This document shows, one piece after another, positions 18,615 to 28,197 of a stretch of 64,000 nt of DNA. Made by a program: the position numbers and the translations under genes. The stretch spans positions 318,266 to 382,265 of the forward strand of contig SFVX01000001.1 in assembly GCA_004561445.1 (NCBI GenBank). The letters run 5' to 3'. Under the pieces are notes generated by a model. The model did no database searches and had not been told where the DNA came from. It saw nothing but the letters and a program-made list of their open reading frames with translations. The DNA comes from a bacterium (lineage in GTDB: Bacteria; Patescibacteriota; Saccharimonadia; Saccharimonadales; Saccharimonadaceae). The number at the start of each line of letters is the position of its first letter. Position 1 is the first letter of the stretch.

Positions 18615-19556
18615 TTACTCCTTAATCAGTGGTTCAATTATAGCACGAGCTTCGGCAATAGTTTTGGTATGCATAAGTTGCTCGCGAATATCAGATGCGC
18701 CCGGAAAATTATTAATGTAGATCTTAAAGAAACGCTTGAGCGGATCATATGGCGCGAGCTCGTACTTCTCGTAGAGGTCAAGATGGTATTGCATAAGTTC
18801 GAGAAGCTCTTGGCGCGTATGTTCGCACGGCTCTCTTTCAAAGCAAAAAGGATTTGCAAAAACGCCACGACCAATCATAATGCCGTCTGCACCGAGCGCA
18901 ACGTATTTTGGTGCCTCAGCAGCAGATTTGATGTCGCCATTAATAATGAGCTTAGTGCTTGGCGAAATTTCGTTGCGAAGCTCGGCAATCTCTGGAATAA
19001 GTTCGTAGTGAGCTTTAACTTTTGACATTTCTTTTTTAGTGCGAAGATGCACAGTGAGTGCTTCTGGTTTTTCTTCGAGAATATTGGTTAGCCAACTATG
19101 CCATTCATCGACGCTAGTATAGCCGAGACGAGTTTTAACAGAAGTAGAAAAACCAGCAGATTGAGTAGCACGGATGATTTCTTTAGCGAGCTCCGGCGTG
19201 CGAATGAGGCCCGAGCCACCGCCAGTGGCGACAACATGACGATCTGGACAGCCCATATTAATATCAACAGCCTGATAACCGAGGTCTTTTAGTGCAGCTG
19301 CAGTATCAGCAAAGAATTCGGGAGTTTTACCCCAGATTTGAGCCACGATAGGTTTCTCTATTGATTCGTAGCGGAGACGCTCTAGGGCGTTATGACGACC
19401 TTTTTCACTAGTATAGCTATTTACATTTGTAAATTCGGTATAAAAAATATCTGGGCGAGCCGCGCGCGCTACAACTTGTCGAAAAGCGATGTCAGTGACG
19501 CCCTCCATTGGGGCTAAAATAGTAAATCCTGGTTGGAATTGGTCCCAAAAACTCAT
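18615..19556 (-). CDS. dus: tRNA-dihydrouridine synthase
   Basis: 313 aa with APMEGVTD..., ...DINMGCP..., TIM-barrel Dus motifs. Confidence 0.85.
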   Translation of the reverse strand: MSFWDQFQPGFTILAPMEGVTDIAFRQVVARAARPDIFYTEFTNVNSYTSEKGRHNALERLRYESIEKPIVAQIWGKTPEFFADTAAALKDLGYQAVDINMGCPDRHVVATGGGSGLIRTPELAKEIIRATQSAGFSTSVKTRLGYTSVDEWHSWLTNILEEKPEALTVHLRTKKEMSKVKAHYELIPEIAELRNEISPSTKLIINGDIKSAAEAPKYVALGADGIMIGRGVFANPFCFEREPCEHTRQELLELMQYHLDLYEKYELAPYDPLKRFFKIYINNFPGASDIREQLMHTKTIAEARAIIEPLIKE

Positions 19557-19564
19557 ATCTATAT

Positions 19565-19573
19565 ATTATAGCA
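19565..19573 (-). promoter_or_regulatory. extended -10 TGcTATAAT, 8 nt upstream of dus ATG
   Basis: Read on the - strand; no SD. Confidence 0.5.
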
Positions 19574-19596
19574 CATTTTTGGAGATTTTGCTAGTG

Positions 19597-20355
19597 CTAT
19601 TTCCAGAGAGCAAGATAGGCTTTGGAGACTTCTTCTGGGTCACCTTCAGCGGCGATTTTGCCGTTTTCGATCATAATGGCACGATCACAGAACTTGCGAA
19701 CGTTTTCCATGGAGTGGGTGACAAGTACGACAGTTTGGTTACCTTTAAGAGAACGGAAGTAGTCGTTACACTTCTCTTGGAAAGCAGCATCACCGACAGC
19801 GAGGACCTCATCGAGAATAAGAATGTCACCACGAGCGCGAATCGCAATTGAAAAAGCAAGGCGAACTTGCATGCCGGAGGAATAGTTTTTAAGCTTTTGG
19901 TCCATAAACTGCTCAAGTTCGGCAAATTTGACAATTTCGTCATACATTTCGTCCATTTTCTCGTTTGAAAAGCCAAGTAGTGCGCCATTGAGATAAATGT
20001 TTTCACGGCCAGTGAGTTCTGGGTTAAAACCAACGCCAAGTTCGATGAAAGGCACAAGATTGCCATTAATTTCGACTTTACCCTTCTCTGGGACATAAAT
20101 ACCAGAAAGAACTTTTAGAAGCGTGGATTTGCCGGAGCCGTTGCGACCGACAATACCAAGAAACTCGCCTTGGTGAACATCAAAAGAAATGCCGCGAAGA
20201 ACTTTTTGCTCTTTGAAGCCTTTGACACCCTTGAGACGATTGAAAATGGCTTGCTTGAGGCCCCAAGCACGTTCGGTTGGAAGTTTAAAACTCTTGTGGA
20301 CGTCTTGGACACTAATCGCGATTTCTGAGCTAACTGGTTTTTTATTCTTAGACAT
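19597..20355 (-). CDS. ABC transporter ATP-binding protein (polysaccharide/teichoic-acid export type)
   Basis: Walker A GRNGSGKST, signature YSSGMQVRL and Walker B ILILDE. Confidence 0.9.
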   Translation of the reverse strand: MSKNKKPVSSEIAISVQDVHKSFKLPTERAWGLKQAIFNRLKGVKGFKEQKVLRGISFDVHQGEFLGIVGRNGSGKSTLLKVLSGIYVPEKGKVEINGNLVPFIELGVGFNPELTGRENIYLNGALLGFSNEKMDEMYDEIVKFAELEQFMDQKLKNYSSGMQVRLAFSIAIRARGDILILDEVLAVGDAAFQEKCNDYFRSLKGNQTVVLVTHSMENVRKFCDRAIMIENGKIAAEGDPEEVSKAYLALWK

Positions 20356-21168
20356 TTAGACTTCCTCCGCGAAATATTTGGAACGTTTACGGAAATAAAG
20401 TGCAGCGATAATGAGAATTATTACTACTAAGATAATAGGAATGATTTGCATTAGAGGGTTATTGATGTAATTCCAGATAGTTTGCGCCTCTGTTGTGATG
20501 AGATTATGGCGCACATCTTGGATGACTTGCGCAATCGGATTTAAAAGTAGAAGCTTGGCGAAAGTTTCACTAGTGGCCGAAACCATACTGAGCGGATAAA
20601 TAATCGGCACGGCGTAAAAGAGTGCCTGAGTAAGAACGTCCCAAATTGAGCTAATATCACGGAATTTAACATTAAAAGCGCCGAGCAAGAAAGAAATACC
20701 AAGACAAAGCGCATAAAGCTCGATCACCGAGAATGGAACTAGGAGCCAAGAGAAGCTAGGCACAACGCCGTTTAGTAGCGCAAAGATGATGATTACACAA
20801 AGGTTAATAGTGAGATTAATAAGTGCAGTAGAAGTAGCAGAAACAACAATAATCCACTTTGGAAAACTGATTTTACGGATGAGATCGCCACGCATAACAA
20901 TAGACTGAATACCTTGTCCGCAACACTCAGTAAAGAAGTTCCAAAGTACGGTACCGGTAAGAAGGTAAACTGGGTAGTGCGGAATGTCGCCACCGAAGCG
21001 CAAAATTTTTGCAAAAACGACATATAAAATTGCGAACATTAGGAGCGGACGCAAAACTGCCCAAAGGTAGCCAAGCATGGAACCTTGGTAACGAAGTTTA
21101 AAATCGGTTTTAATTAATTCTTTGAGGAGCACGCGATTTCGCTTGTTCCAGATTTTAGGGATTTTCAT
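20356..21168 (-). CDS. ABC-2 type transporter permease (Wzm/TagG-like)
   Basis: 270 aa with six TM helices, directly upstream of and abutting the ATPase gene. Confidence 0.8.
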   Translation of the reverse strand: MKIPKIWNKRNRVLLKELIKTDFKLRYQGSMLGYLWAVLRPLLMFAILYVVFAKILRFGGDIPHYPVYLLTGTVLWNFFTECCGQGIQSIVMRGDLIRKISFPKWIIVVSATSTALINLTINLCVIIIFALLNGVVPSFSWLLVPFSVIELYALCLGISFLLGAFNVKFRDISSIWDVLTQALFYAVPIIYPLSMVSATSETFAKLLLLNPIAQVIQDVRHNLITTEAQTIWNYINNPLMQIIPIILVVIILIIAALYFRKRSKYFAEEV

Positions 21169-21175
21169 TTCTTCT

Positions 21176-21184
21176 ATTTTACCA
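21176..21184 (-). promoter_or_regulatory. extended -10 TGgTAAAAT, 7 nt upstream of ATG 21168
   Basis: Read on the - strand; no SD. Confidence 0.5.
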
Positions 21185-21201
21185 TAAAAGGGGCGAGCGT
21201 T

Positions 21202-21207
21202 TATAAT
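21202..21207 (+). promoter_or_regulatory. -10 box TATAAT, 6 nt upstream of ATG 21214
   Basis: No SD; divergent from the permease promoter. Confidence 0.45.
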
Positions 21208-21213
21208 AGAGCC

Positions 21214-22146
21214 ATGAAGAAGACTTCAAAAACACCTCTAATTTCGGTAATTATTCCATTTTTTAATACAGGATTGTCGCTTGAGGGGCTCATAAAACAA
21301 ATTTCGAAGATTTGTCCGGATGCGGAAATTATCTGCGTAGACGATAAATCGACAGATGGAAGTTTGGCGCGGATTAAAAAACTGGCAAATGACAAAGTGC
21401 ATGTGATTGCACAAAAGAAAAATCAAGGATCAGCAGCAGCGCGAAATCGTGGAATCACGGAAGCAAAAGGTAAATATATCGTATTCTTAGATTCAGACGA
21501 CTTTATTCGTGACGATTTCTTTGAAAAAATGCTTTCTTGCATAAACGAAGCAGCGCTTGGCGTGTGCGGAATTCGTCAGATTTTTTTGAAAGACAATAAG
21601 TTTGTAGATAAATTTACAAAAGAGCCGAAAGCGCGAAATCCAAAAGATAATTGGCGTGAATACATTCTAAAATCGATGTTTAATGGCGCAGAATTATATT
21701 CGTCGGTAAATAAGATTTATCTCGGCGATGTAATTCGCGAAAATAATTTGAGGTTTGATGAAAAGTTGAATTTCGCCGAAGACACGAAGTTTGTGTTGGA
21801 TTATTTGGCTTGTTTTGATGATGACGCAAAGATTAATTTCGTATGTGAGCCGCTATATTTTTATAATTACGGCACGAATACGAGCGTCGTGGCGGACTCT
21901 TCCCTGCGCTGGGAGAACTGGCAAAAAAGTTATGACGATATTATTGCTTGGTTAGGACGCGAGAGTGATGGAGGAAGTCGCGTTATTTCGCGCCGGGAAT
22001 TAAGGCTCGCCAAGAAACTGCGTACGCGTTTTAAGATTTCGCATCTTTTGGCAGTGGCGCGTTCAAAAAAGAGCCGTGAAGAAAAGCTGAAATATGTTAA
22101 TAAGTTTGAGTTGCTGCTGGGCGAACTCGTGCTTAAGATTAGATAA
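21214..22146 (+). CDS. family 2 glycosyltransferase
   Basis: ISVIIPFFN...VDDKSTDGS...LDSDD motifs. Confidence 0.85.
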   Translation: MKKTSKTPLISVIIPFFNTGLSLEGLIKQISKICPDAEIICVDDKSTDGSLARIKKLANDKVHVIAQKKNQGSAAARNRGITEAKGKYIVFLDSDDFIRDDFFEKMLSCINEAALGVCGIRQIFLKDNKFVDKFTKEPKARNPKDNWREYILKSMFNGAELYSSVNKIYLGDVIRENNLRFDEKLNFAEDTKFVLDYLACFDDDAKINFVCEPLYFYNYGTNTSVVADSSLRWENWQKSYDDIIAWLGRESDGGSRVISRRELRLAKKLRTRFKISHLLAVARSKKSREEKLKYVNKFELLLGELVLKIR

Positions 22147-22148
22147 GG

Positions 22149-22154
22149 TATAAT
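22149..22154 (+). promoter_or_regulatory. -10 box TATAAT, 7 nt upstream of ATG 22162
   Basis: Lies in the 15-nt gap after the GT2 stop; no well-spaced SD. Confidence 0.35.
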
Positions 22155-22161
22155 AAAAAGT

Positions 22162-23259
22162 ATGAAAGTGGCGATAGTGTGTGACTGGCTCACGAATGTG
22201 GGTGGAGCGGAAAAGGTTTTGCTGGCAATTCACCAGATGTATCCAGAGGCGCCAATTTATACTTCACAATATAATCCAAAAGGCATAGATTGGTTTAAAG
22301 ATGCCGATGTACGAACGGGCTGGATGCAGATTTTTCCATCTGGTTTGCGACGTTTTTTGGCACCTCTTCGCCAGATTTATTTTAATCACCTAGATTTATC
22401 TGATTATGATGTGATTTTTTCGGTGACTGGAGCGGAAGCAAAAAGCGTCAAAAAAGGCGACGCTGTGCATTTTTGTTATTGCCACGTGCCGACACAGTAT
22501 TATTGGGGCTTTTACGATGAATATGTAAAAAATCCTGGCTTTGGAAAACTTTTAAATCCAATTGTAAGATTTTTCTTTAAGCTGCTTGTAAAACCGCTAC
22601 GAAAGGCGGATTATAAAGCGGCGCAAAAACCGGATTATTTTATTACAATTTCAAACTACGCGGCGGAAATGATTAAAAAATACTACGGACGCGAGGCAAA
22701 AGTTATTGCACCGGGAGTAGAGATTGAGAAGTTTAGTAATAAAACTGAGCCGAAAAAACGCAGTGGATTCGTGCATTATTCGCGCCAAGTTTCATGGAAG
22801 CGACAGGATTTGATTATAAAAGCTTGTATCGAAGCGGGCGAGAAGTTGACGATTATTGGCGACGGGCCAGAACATGAACAACTCGTCGAAGTAGCGCACG
22901 AATCAAAACTTGTGAAGTTTTTGCCAGCACAGAAATCTGATGAACTTTTGAAAGCATTAAACTCGGCAGAAGGTTTTATCTTTCCGAGCCTTGAGCCGTT
23001 TGGAATTGCGCCGGTAGAAGCGCTATCATCAGGATGCCCAGTGATTGCTTACAAAAAAGGTGGCGCAGCAGACTATGTGATTGATGGTAAAAATGGCGTT
23101 TTCTTTGAAAAACAAAATACGGCGTCGATAGTACGAGCAATTGAAAAGTTTAAAAAATGTAAATTTAAATATAAAGATGTAGTAAAAAGTGCGAAATATT
23201 TTGACGTGGCGCGTTTTAAGAGAGAGATTGCTGAGTTTGTAAATGAAAAAACTAAGTAA
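22162..23259 (+). CDS. family 4 (GT-B) glycosyltransferase
   Basis: 365 aa with ...EPFGIAPVEALSSGCPVIAYKKGG... motif. Confidence 0.85.
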   Translation: MKVAIVCDWLTNVGGAEKVLLAIHQMYPEAPIYTSQYNPKGIDWFKDADVRTGWMQIFPSGLRRFLAPLRQIYFNHLDLSDYDVIFSVTGAEAKSVKKGDAVHFCYCHVPTQYYWGFYDEYVKNPGFGKLLNPIVRFFFKLLVKPLRKADYKAAQKPDYFITISNYAAEMIKKYYGREAKVIAPGVEIEKFSNKTEPKKRSGFVHYSRQVSWKRQDLIIKACIEAGEKLTIIGDGPEHEQLVEVAHESKLVKFLPAQKSDELLKALNSAEGFIFPSLEPFGIAPVEALSSGCPVIAYKKGGAADYVIDGKNGVFFEKQNTASIVRAIEKFKKCKFKYKDVVKSAKYFDVARFKREIAEFVNEKTK

Positions 23260-24661
23260 ATTCTTGGATTCATTGGAGAGTTGGCTGATTTTTGCAACGC
23301 CGGTAGCGGTATTTTTCTCTTATTATCCAGTAATTCGGCTGGGTGCGACGGAAAGCATGAATTTAGAGCTGTCTTTGCCGCTAATTTTATTGTTCTTGTT
23401 GGGTCTTTTATCAATTAGAAGACTTGGCATAGTCTGGCGAAGAATTGGAGCAAGAAAGTTTTTAACGAGTGCGATAATTCCGATTTATATTTCGCTTTCG
23501 ATTTTATGGTCGCCAAATAAACTGCGCGGAATTTTAGTGGCGGGGATCGTGTGGTTGATTTGGCTAGTAGCTGCGAATGTCTTGTTTGGCCGGAAGTTAA
23601 AATCTAGCGAGATACGAAAATTAGTAAAAATATATTTACGTACAGCAGCGGTTTTTGCTTTGCTCTGTCTTATACAATGCCTATTAGATGTGTTTGGCGT
23701 GGCGCGTGATTATACGCTACTTTGTCAAGGATGTACGTATCAGACTTTTGGTTTTCCGCATCCAAACGGACTCGCAATCGAACCGCAATTTATAGGAAAT
23801 CTTCTCTTAGTTCCTTGCATTATTTCGATTTTTATTTTCTTTTATAACATTAAAAGTCATAAATGCAAGCGTGAAATCTGGAAGTCTTTTGGCTTGACTA
23901 TTTTTCTAGTTATGGTGCTATATGTAGTCTTTTCGCGGGGTGCAATTTACTCTTTCGTTATTGCGGCAGTGGGGATGTTTATCTACTTCTTAACGCAAAA
24001 GAAAAGCATAAAAACTTTGGTAATTCCGGGCGCTATACTAGTCGCATTCGGGCTAGCGCTAGTTTTTCAAGGTACGCTGGCTGCGATTTCGCCAACTACG
24101 GAAGGTTTTTCGGATGGGGTCGCAAGATCAATTAACCAGATGAGTCTCGGAATTATTGATTTGAGAAAACCAGTCGCAGAAGAAACAATAGAGTCAGATA
24201 ATAATTCAACTTTTGACGGCTACGTGGAAGAATCGACAGAAATTAGGCTATCTTTAAATGAAGTTGCTTTTAAGGCTTGGCAAAAGTCGCCAGTTTTTGG
24301 AGTAGGAATTGGTGGAGCTGGCGTTGCGATTCATAATATAGACAATAATTATTCCGCTAAAGAAATCGTACAAAACGAATATATAAGCATTTTACTAGAA
24401 CTCGGGGTTGTGGGGCTAGCGTTAGTGGTGGCTGGGATTATTTGGTTAGTTTATTTTGAATTTAAACAGCAGAATATGATAAATCTCGCCGCAATAACAG
24501 CTTATTTGATTAGCCTTTGCTTCTTTTCTGGACTGCCGAATGTACTCCATATATATCTATTAATGCCTATGCTTGGCAAAAGCAAAGATAAGTATTTTAT
24601 GGTAAAATATGAGAATGAGCAAGTCAATAGACGGCCTTCAAAGAAGGGATCAAAAATCTAA
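23243..24661 (+). CDS. O-antigen ligase/polymerase-like (Wzy_C-type) polytopic membrane protein
   Basis: 472 aa with about 10-12 TM helices and a periplasmic-type loop after ...FSRGAIYSF... Confidence 0.65.
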   Translation: MKKLSKFLDSLESWLIFATPVAVFFSYYPVIRLGATESMNLELSLPLILLFLLGLLSIRRLGIVWRRIGARKFLTSAIIPIYISLSILWSPNKLRGILVAGIVWLIWLVAANVLFGRKLKSSEIRKLVKIYLRTAAVFALLCLIQCLLDVFGVARDYTLLCQGCTYQTFGFPHPNGLAIEPQFIGNLLLVPCIISIFIFFYNIKSHKCKREIWKSFGLTIFLVMVLYVVFSRGAIYSFVIAAVGMFIYFLTQKKSIKTLVIPGAILVAFGLALVFQGTLAAISPTTEGFSDGVARSINQMSLGIIDLRKPVAEETIESDNNSTFDGYVEESTEIRLSLNEVAFKAWQKSPVFGVGIGGAGVAIHNIDNNYSAKEIVQNEYISILLELGVVGLALVVAGIIWLVYFEFKQQNMINLAAITAYLISLCFFSGLPNVLHIYLLMPMLGKSKDKYFMVKYENEQVNRRPSKKGSKI

Positions 24662-26303
24662 ACCAAAAACCGTACGACGTGTTGTAAAGAATACAACAGT
24701 TCGTAAAGCTGAAACTGCACCAGTCAAGGAAACTGTAGTGCGTAAAGAAGCAAAGGCCCGAGAAAGAGCCGAAGATAAAGCCGTACGCGAGTTTTTCGAC
24801 GAAGTAAAAGATTCTGATCCAACAAATTTACTGTCAACTAGTGAAGATTTGCCAGCTAAAAAAGAAAAGAAGGCAAAAAATCCAAAAAAGAAAAAGTCGG
24901 TCGGAAAAATTATTCGTCGCATTATTTTGGTTTTAGTACTTTTGATTATTGCCGGACTTGCAGTCGTCTATTTTATTGCAAATGACTTTATTAAAAATAT
25001 TACTAATGACGGAAGCTTAGTTGGACTAGTTTTTTCTGATCCAGACACGCCACTTTTAAAGGATGAAAACGGAAGGACGAATGTTTTAATCTTTGGTACT
25101 GAAGGTTATAACATGGACGATCCAGACTATGATGGCGGGCTTTTAACTGACTCAATGTTAGTTGTTAGCTTTGATCAAGATACTGGCGATGCAAAGGCCG
25201 TAAGTTTGCCGCGTGACTTAAAATCTCATACTTGCACGGCAACAAGTAAGATTAATGAGCTGTTTTACTGTAAATATATAAAGAACGACGGTACAGAAGA
25301 AAGTAAAAAGAAGTACGAAAACGAAGGTGGCGAGGACCTCGCGAATGCGTTTGAAGAAGTGCTTGGTATTGATATTCAATATCGCGTACATGTAAACTGG
25401 GCGGCTTTAATTCAGGCGATCGATGCAATCGGCGGTATCGATGTGGTATTTACTTATGGCGATCAAACTTGGGATGGACCAGAGACAACAATCCCTACTA
25501 CAGATAAGCGCGGTCTTGCAGACGGCGTACGCAAAAACGGCAAATATCCAATTCAATTCCCAAATGGCGAAGTTGTCCATTTGGATGGCGCTAATGCGCT
25601 TGCGGTAGCTCGTACACGCAACGCATATGGTGGATATGGTGCGTCAGCTGGTAACTTTAGTCGTGAGATTTTCCAACAGAAAATTATTGAGGCGACCGTC
25701 AAAAAGGCGAAATCTTCTAATATTACGCTAGATACGGTTTTGAAAATCAAGAGTGCAATCGGCGATAACCTACGCACTAATTTTAAAGATACTGAGATTA
25801 AAACTTTGATTAAACTCGGCAATAGCATGGATATTGGATCGCTAGAATCTATCTCGCTAGTTTCGCCTTCGGATGGCACGAGGCCACTTATGACGACTGG
25901 TATGATAAATCATATTTCTTATGTTTATCCAACGGCGGGCGTGGGTAATTATAGTAAAATTCATGAATATATCGCAAAGAAGCTCAGTAATGACTTTAAG
26001 AGCGAGGGTGCACAGTTGAGTATACTTAACGGTACATCCGCAAACGGTATCGCTTCTTCAGCAAAGGCGGAGCTTGAGGATGAGGGTTTTACGGTACTTG
26101 AGACAGCAAATGCGCCTGAAAGTGAACGCGACTTTGATGGTGCGAGAATTTATCAGCGCAATAGCGGTTTCTCGAAGACAGCAGCTAAGTTGGCTGAGAA
26201 ATATGGCGTATCTATTAAAGACAAAGTTCCAGAAGCACTGAAGAGCTTTAAGGGCGACTTTATTATAATTATTGGTAACGGCAGTAGTAAATCCGATAAA
26301 TAA
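24609..26303 (+). CDS. LytR-CpsA-Psr (LCP) family glycopolymer transferase with LytR_C-like C-terminal domain
   Basis: Lys-rich cytoplasmic N-terminus, one TM, and ...TNVLIFGTE...DSMLVVSFD...SLPRD... LCP core. The start could be 24615. Confidence 0.85.
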   Translation: MRMSKSIDGLQRRDQKSKPKTVRRVVKNTTVRKAETAPVKETVVRKEAKARERAEDKAVREFFDEVKDSDPTNLLSTSEDLPAKKEKKAKNPKKKKSVGKIIRRIILVLVLLIIAGLAVVYFIANDFIKNITNDGSLVGLVFSDPDTPLLKDENGRTNVLIFGTEGYNMDDPDYDGGLLTDSMLVVSFDQDTGDAKAVSLPRDLKSHTCTATSKINELFYCKYIKNDGTEESKKKYENEGGEDLANAFEEVLGIDIQYRVHVNWAALIQAIDAIGGIDVVFTYGDQTWDGPETTIPTTDKRGLADGVRKNGKYPIQFPNGEVVHLDGANALAVARTRNAYGGYGASAGNFSREIFQQKIIEATVKKAKSSNITLDTVLKIKSAIGDNLRTNFKDTEIKTLIKLGNSMDIGSLESISLVSPSDGTRPLMTTGMINHISYVYPTAGVGNYSKIHEYIAKKLSNDFKSEGAQLSILNGTSANGIASSAKAELEDEGFTVLETANAPESERDFDGARIYQRNSGFSKTAAKLAEKYGVSIKDKVPEALKSFKGDFIIIIGNGSSKSDK

Positions 26304-26311
26304 GACTAAAA

Positions 26312-26336
26312 GCACCTCGTAATGAGGTGCTTTTTT
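26312..26336 (+). terminator. intrinsic terminator after the LCP gene
   Basis: Stem gcacctc/gaggtgc followed by TTTTTT. Confidence 0.7.
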
Positions 26337-26398
26337 GACGCCTTCATATACGCTAGATGTAGCGTAGATACACTAGATATAGTGTATCTGTATGCGAG

Positions 26399-26417
26399 TT
26401 TTCCACAGTGTGGAATT
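26399..26417. promoter_or_regulatory. inverted pair of DnaA-box-like 9-mers (TTTTCCACA g TGTGGAATT)
   Basis: A perfect copy of the window's recurrent 9-mer plus an inverted 2-mismatch (TGTGGAATT) copy; palindrome TTCCACAgTGTGGAA. Confidence 0.55.
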
Positions 26418-26509
26418 ATTATGCTATTGTTTATTTTTTGAATTATGTTTTAGTTTATTATTCTAGTTATATTGATTTTTTGTAGTTTTATGTTTTTATT
26501 GTTTGATAG
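26418..26509. other. AT-rich tract (candidate DNA-unwinding element)
   Basis: About 90 bp of almost pure A/T, bracketed by DnaA-box-like 9-mers, between two convergent genes. Confidence 0.45.
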
Positions 26510-26539
26510 TTTTCCACAGTCTTTTTCTAATGTGGATTT
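26510..26539. promoter_or_regulatory. DnaA-box-like 9-mers (TTTTCCACA 26510-26518; TGTGGATTT 26531-26539)
   Basis: One perfect copy and one imperfect inverted copy. Confidence 0.5.
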
Positions 26540-26583
26540 CTTTGTTCGGTTTTTGCTTCCCTACCTCTGTTTTTTTGGGGTAT

Positions 26584-26613
26584 AAAAAATACGCCCCGAG
26601 CTCGAGGCGTATT
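26584..26613 (-). terminator. intrinsic terminator after jag
   Basis: Stem aatacgcc/ggcgtatt followed by a T-run on the - strand. Confidence 0.6.
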
Positions 26614-26618
26614 TGTGA

Positions 26619-27080
26619 TTATTCGGCTTTTTTAACAATATGAAGTCGACGCTCACGGCCTTCACCAGTACTAAAGGTTTCGATGTCACTGTAATCGCTA
26701 GCAAAGCGATGAACGACGCGACGATCGGCGGCGTTGAGGTCAAGAATGCGCTCTTTGCCAGTAGCGCGAACTTGGCGAATCCATTGCTCGGCTTGATGCT
26801 CGATTTTATCGGCGCGCTGGCGTTTGTAGTCGGCGACGTCGATATTTACGCGCGTAACTTCAGCATTGCGAGCGACTAGCGTCATTGAAACGATATGTTG
26901 AAGAGCGCGCAGGTTGTTGGCGTTTTTACCGATAAGTAGCGAATTCATACTGGTGCTTGGAACAGAGAGCTGAATTACATCGTCTTCGATAGTCGAATAG
27001 ACTGCTACGTTGATACCGAAAAATGAAAGCAAATCTTCTACATATTTCGTCGCAAAACGAATAGATTCATCTGTATTCAT
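26619..27080 (-). CDS. jag: Jag/KhpB-like RNA-binding protein (KH + R3H domains)
   Basis: 153 aa with a C-terminal R3H-like ...LNAADRRVVHRF... in the classic position downstream of yidC. Confidence 0.75.
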   Translation of the reverse strand: MNTDESIRFATKYVEDLLSFFGINVAVYSTIEDDVIQLSVPSTSMNSLLIGKNANNLRALQHIVSMTLVARNAEVTRVNIDVADYKRQRADKIEHQAEQWIRQVRATGKERILDLNAADRRVVHRFASDYSDIETFSTGEGRERRLHIVKKAE

Positions 27081-27083
27081 TGA

Positions 27084-28187
27084 TTATCTCCTTTTCTTTT
27101 TATTAGAATCCACGGAGATGCGAGTAATATGTTCTTTTGATTTTTTATTTTTATTGCTAGAAGCGTAATGAGATTTGCGCTCTTTTGCCTTCAAACGGGC
27201 AATTTTAGCTTCATCTTTAGCAATAGTTTCATCTTTGACGACGATGGCCTCTTTGGCATCACGAAGCTCTTTGAGGACCTTTTTCTCAGCTTTGAGCTCC
27301 ATCTCTTCATAGTTGCGACTGAGAATTACTTTTTGCTGGATGATAGTAATAGCGTTACTGAGTAAATAGTAGAAAACGACGGCGCCTGGAAGCCCAATCA
27401 TAATAAATAGCATCATGAGAGGCATTGTGAAAGACATCGTGCTCTGCGAAACAGCGTTGATTTCTTCTTGAGAAGGCTCTTTACCATCGGCAGCTTCTTT
27501 CATGAGCTGGCGCATAGTTTTGCGCTTTTTACCGTTTTGACGAGTCGGGTCCTGCTGACGTGACATAATAAACTGCGTAAAGGCGCTAGTAAGCGCAAAG
27601 ACTAAGATAATAATAGAATCGATAGAATTAAAGCCGGCTTTGGCGGAAAGGTCGACTACGCCAAAAAGTTTGGGCTGGAAATTATAGACGGCGTTTTCGT
27701 CAGTTTTGCGGGCTTCAAGATATTGATTTTGATGTTCGATAAGTTCTTTAATACGAGGGAGATCTTCGGTAATCTTATAAGCGGAATGTTCGACGGTGTA
27801 ATCTTTGCTGCGATTCTCTTCATTGATAATTGGGCGAACTGTAACGTTAATGGCAGTAAATAAAGCAATAAAAATTGGTAGCTGAATAAAGAGCATCAAC
27901 ATCGAGCGCATAGGCTTAATGTTTTTGCGCTTATAGAGATCCATCATCTGTAGCGACTCGAGTTGCTTGTTGCCGTTACAGTTTTTCTTAATCTCGACGA
28001 GTTCTGGCTGAATTTCGCGCATGACGCGAGTCTGGTGAAGTTGGCGCTTCATAAGTGGCCAGACGGCAAATTTGACGAGAATAGTAAAGATAATAATAGC
28101 TAGACCAAAATCGCCCACCAAGTTGTAAATCAAGAACATGATATTTACAAGCGGGCGGACGATTAATGCATCTAGAATTCCAAACAT
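27084..28187 (-). CDS. yidC: membrane protein insertase YidC
   Basis: 367 aa with the YidC/Oxa1 TM core (...KVWPLMKRQLHQTRVMREIQPE...) and a Lys-rich tail; synteny with rnpA and rpmH. Confidence 0.85.
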   Translation of the reverse strand: MFGILDALIVRPLVNIMFLIYNLVGDFGLAIIIFTILVKFAVWPLMKRQLHQTRVMREIQPELVEIKKNCNGNKQLESLQMMDLYKRKNIKPMRSMLMLFIQLPIFIALFTAINVTVRPIINEENRSKDYTVEHSAYKITEDLPRIKELIEHQNQYLEARKTDENAVYNFQPKLFGVVDLSAKAGFNSIDSIIILVFALTSAFTQFIMSRQQDPTRQNGKKRKTMRQLMKEAADGKEPSQEEINAVSQSTMSFTMPLMMLFIMIGLPGAVVFYYLLSNAITIIQQKVILSRNYEEMELKAEKKVLKELRDAKEAIVVKDETIAKDEAKIARLKAKERKSHYASSNKNKKSKEHITRISVDSNKKKRR

Positions 28188-28197
28188 AATAGTTTGA

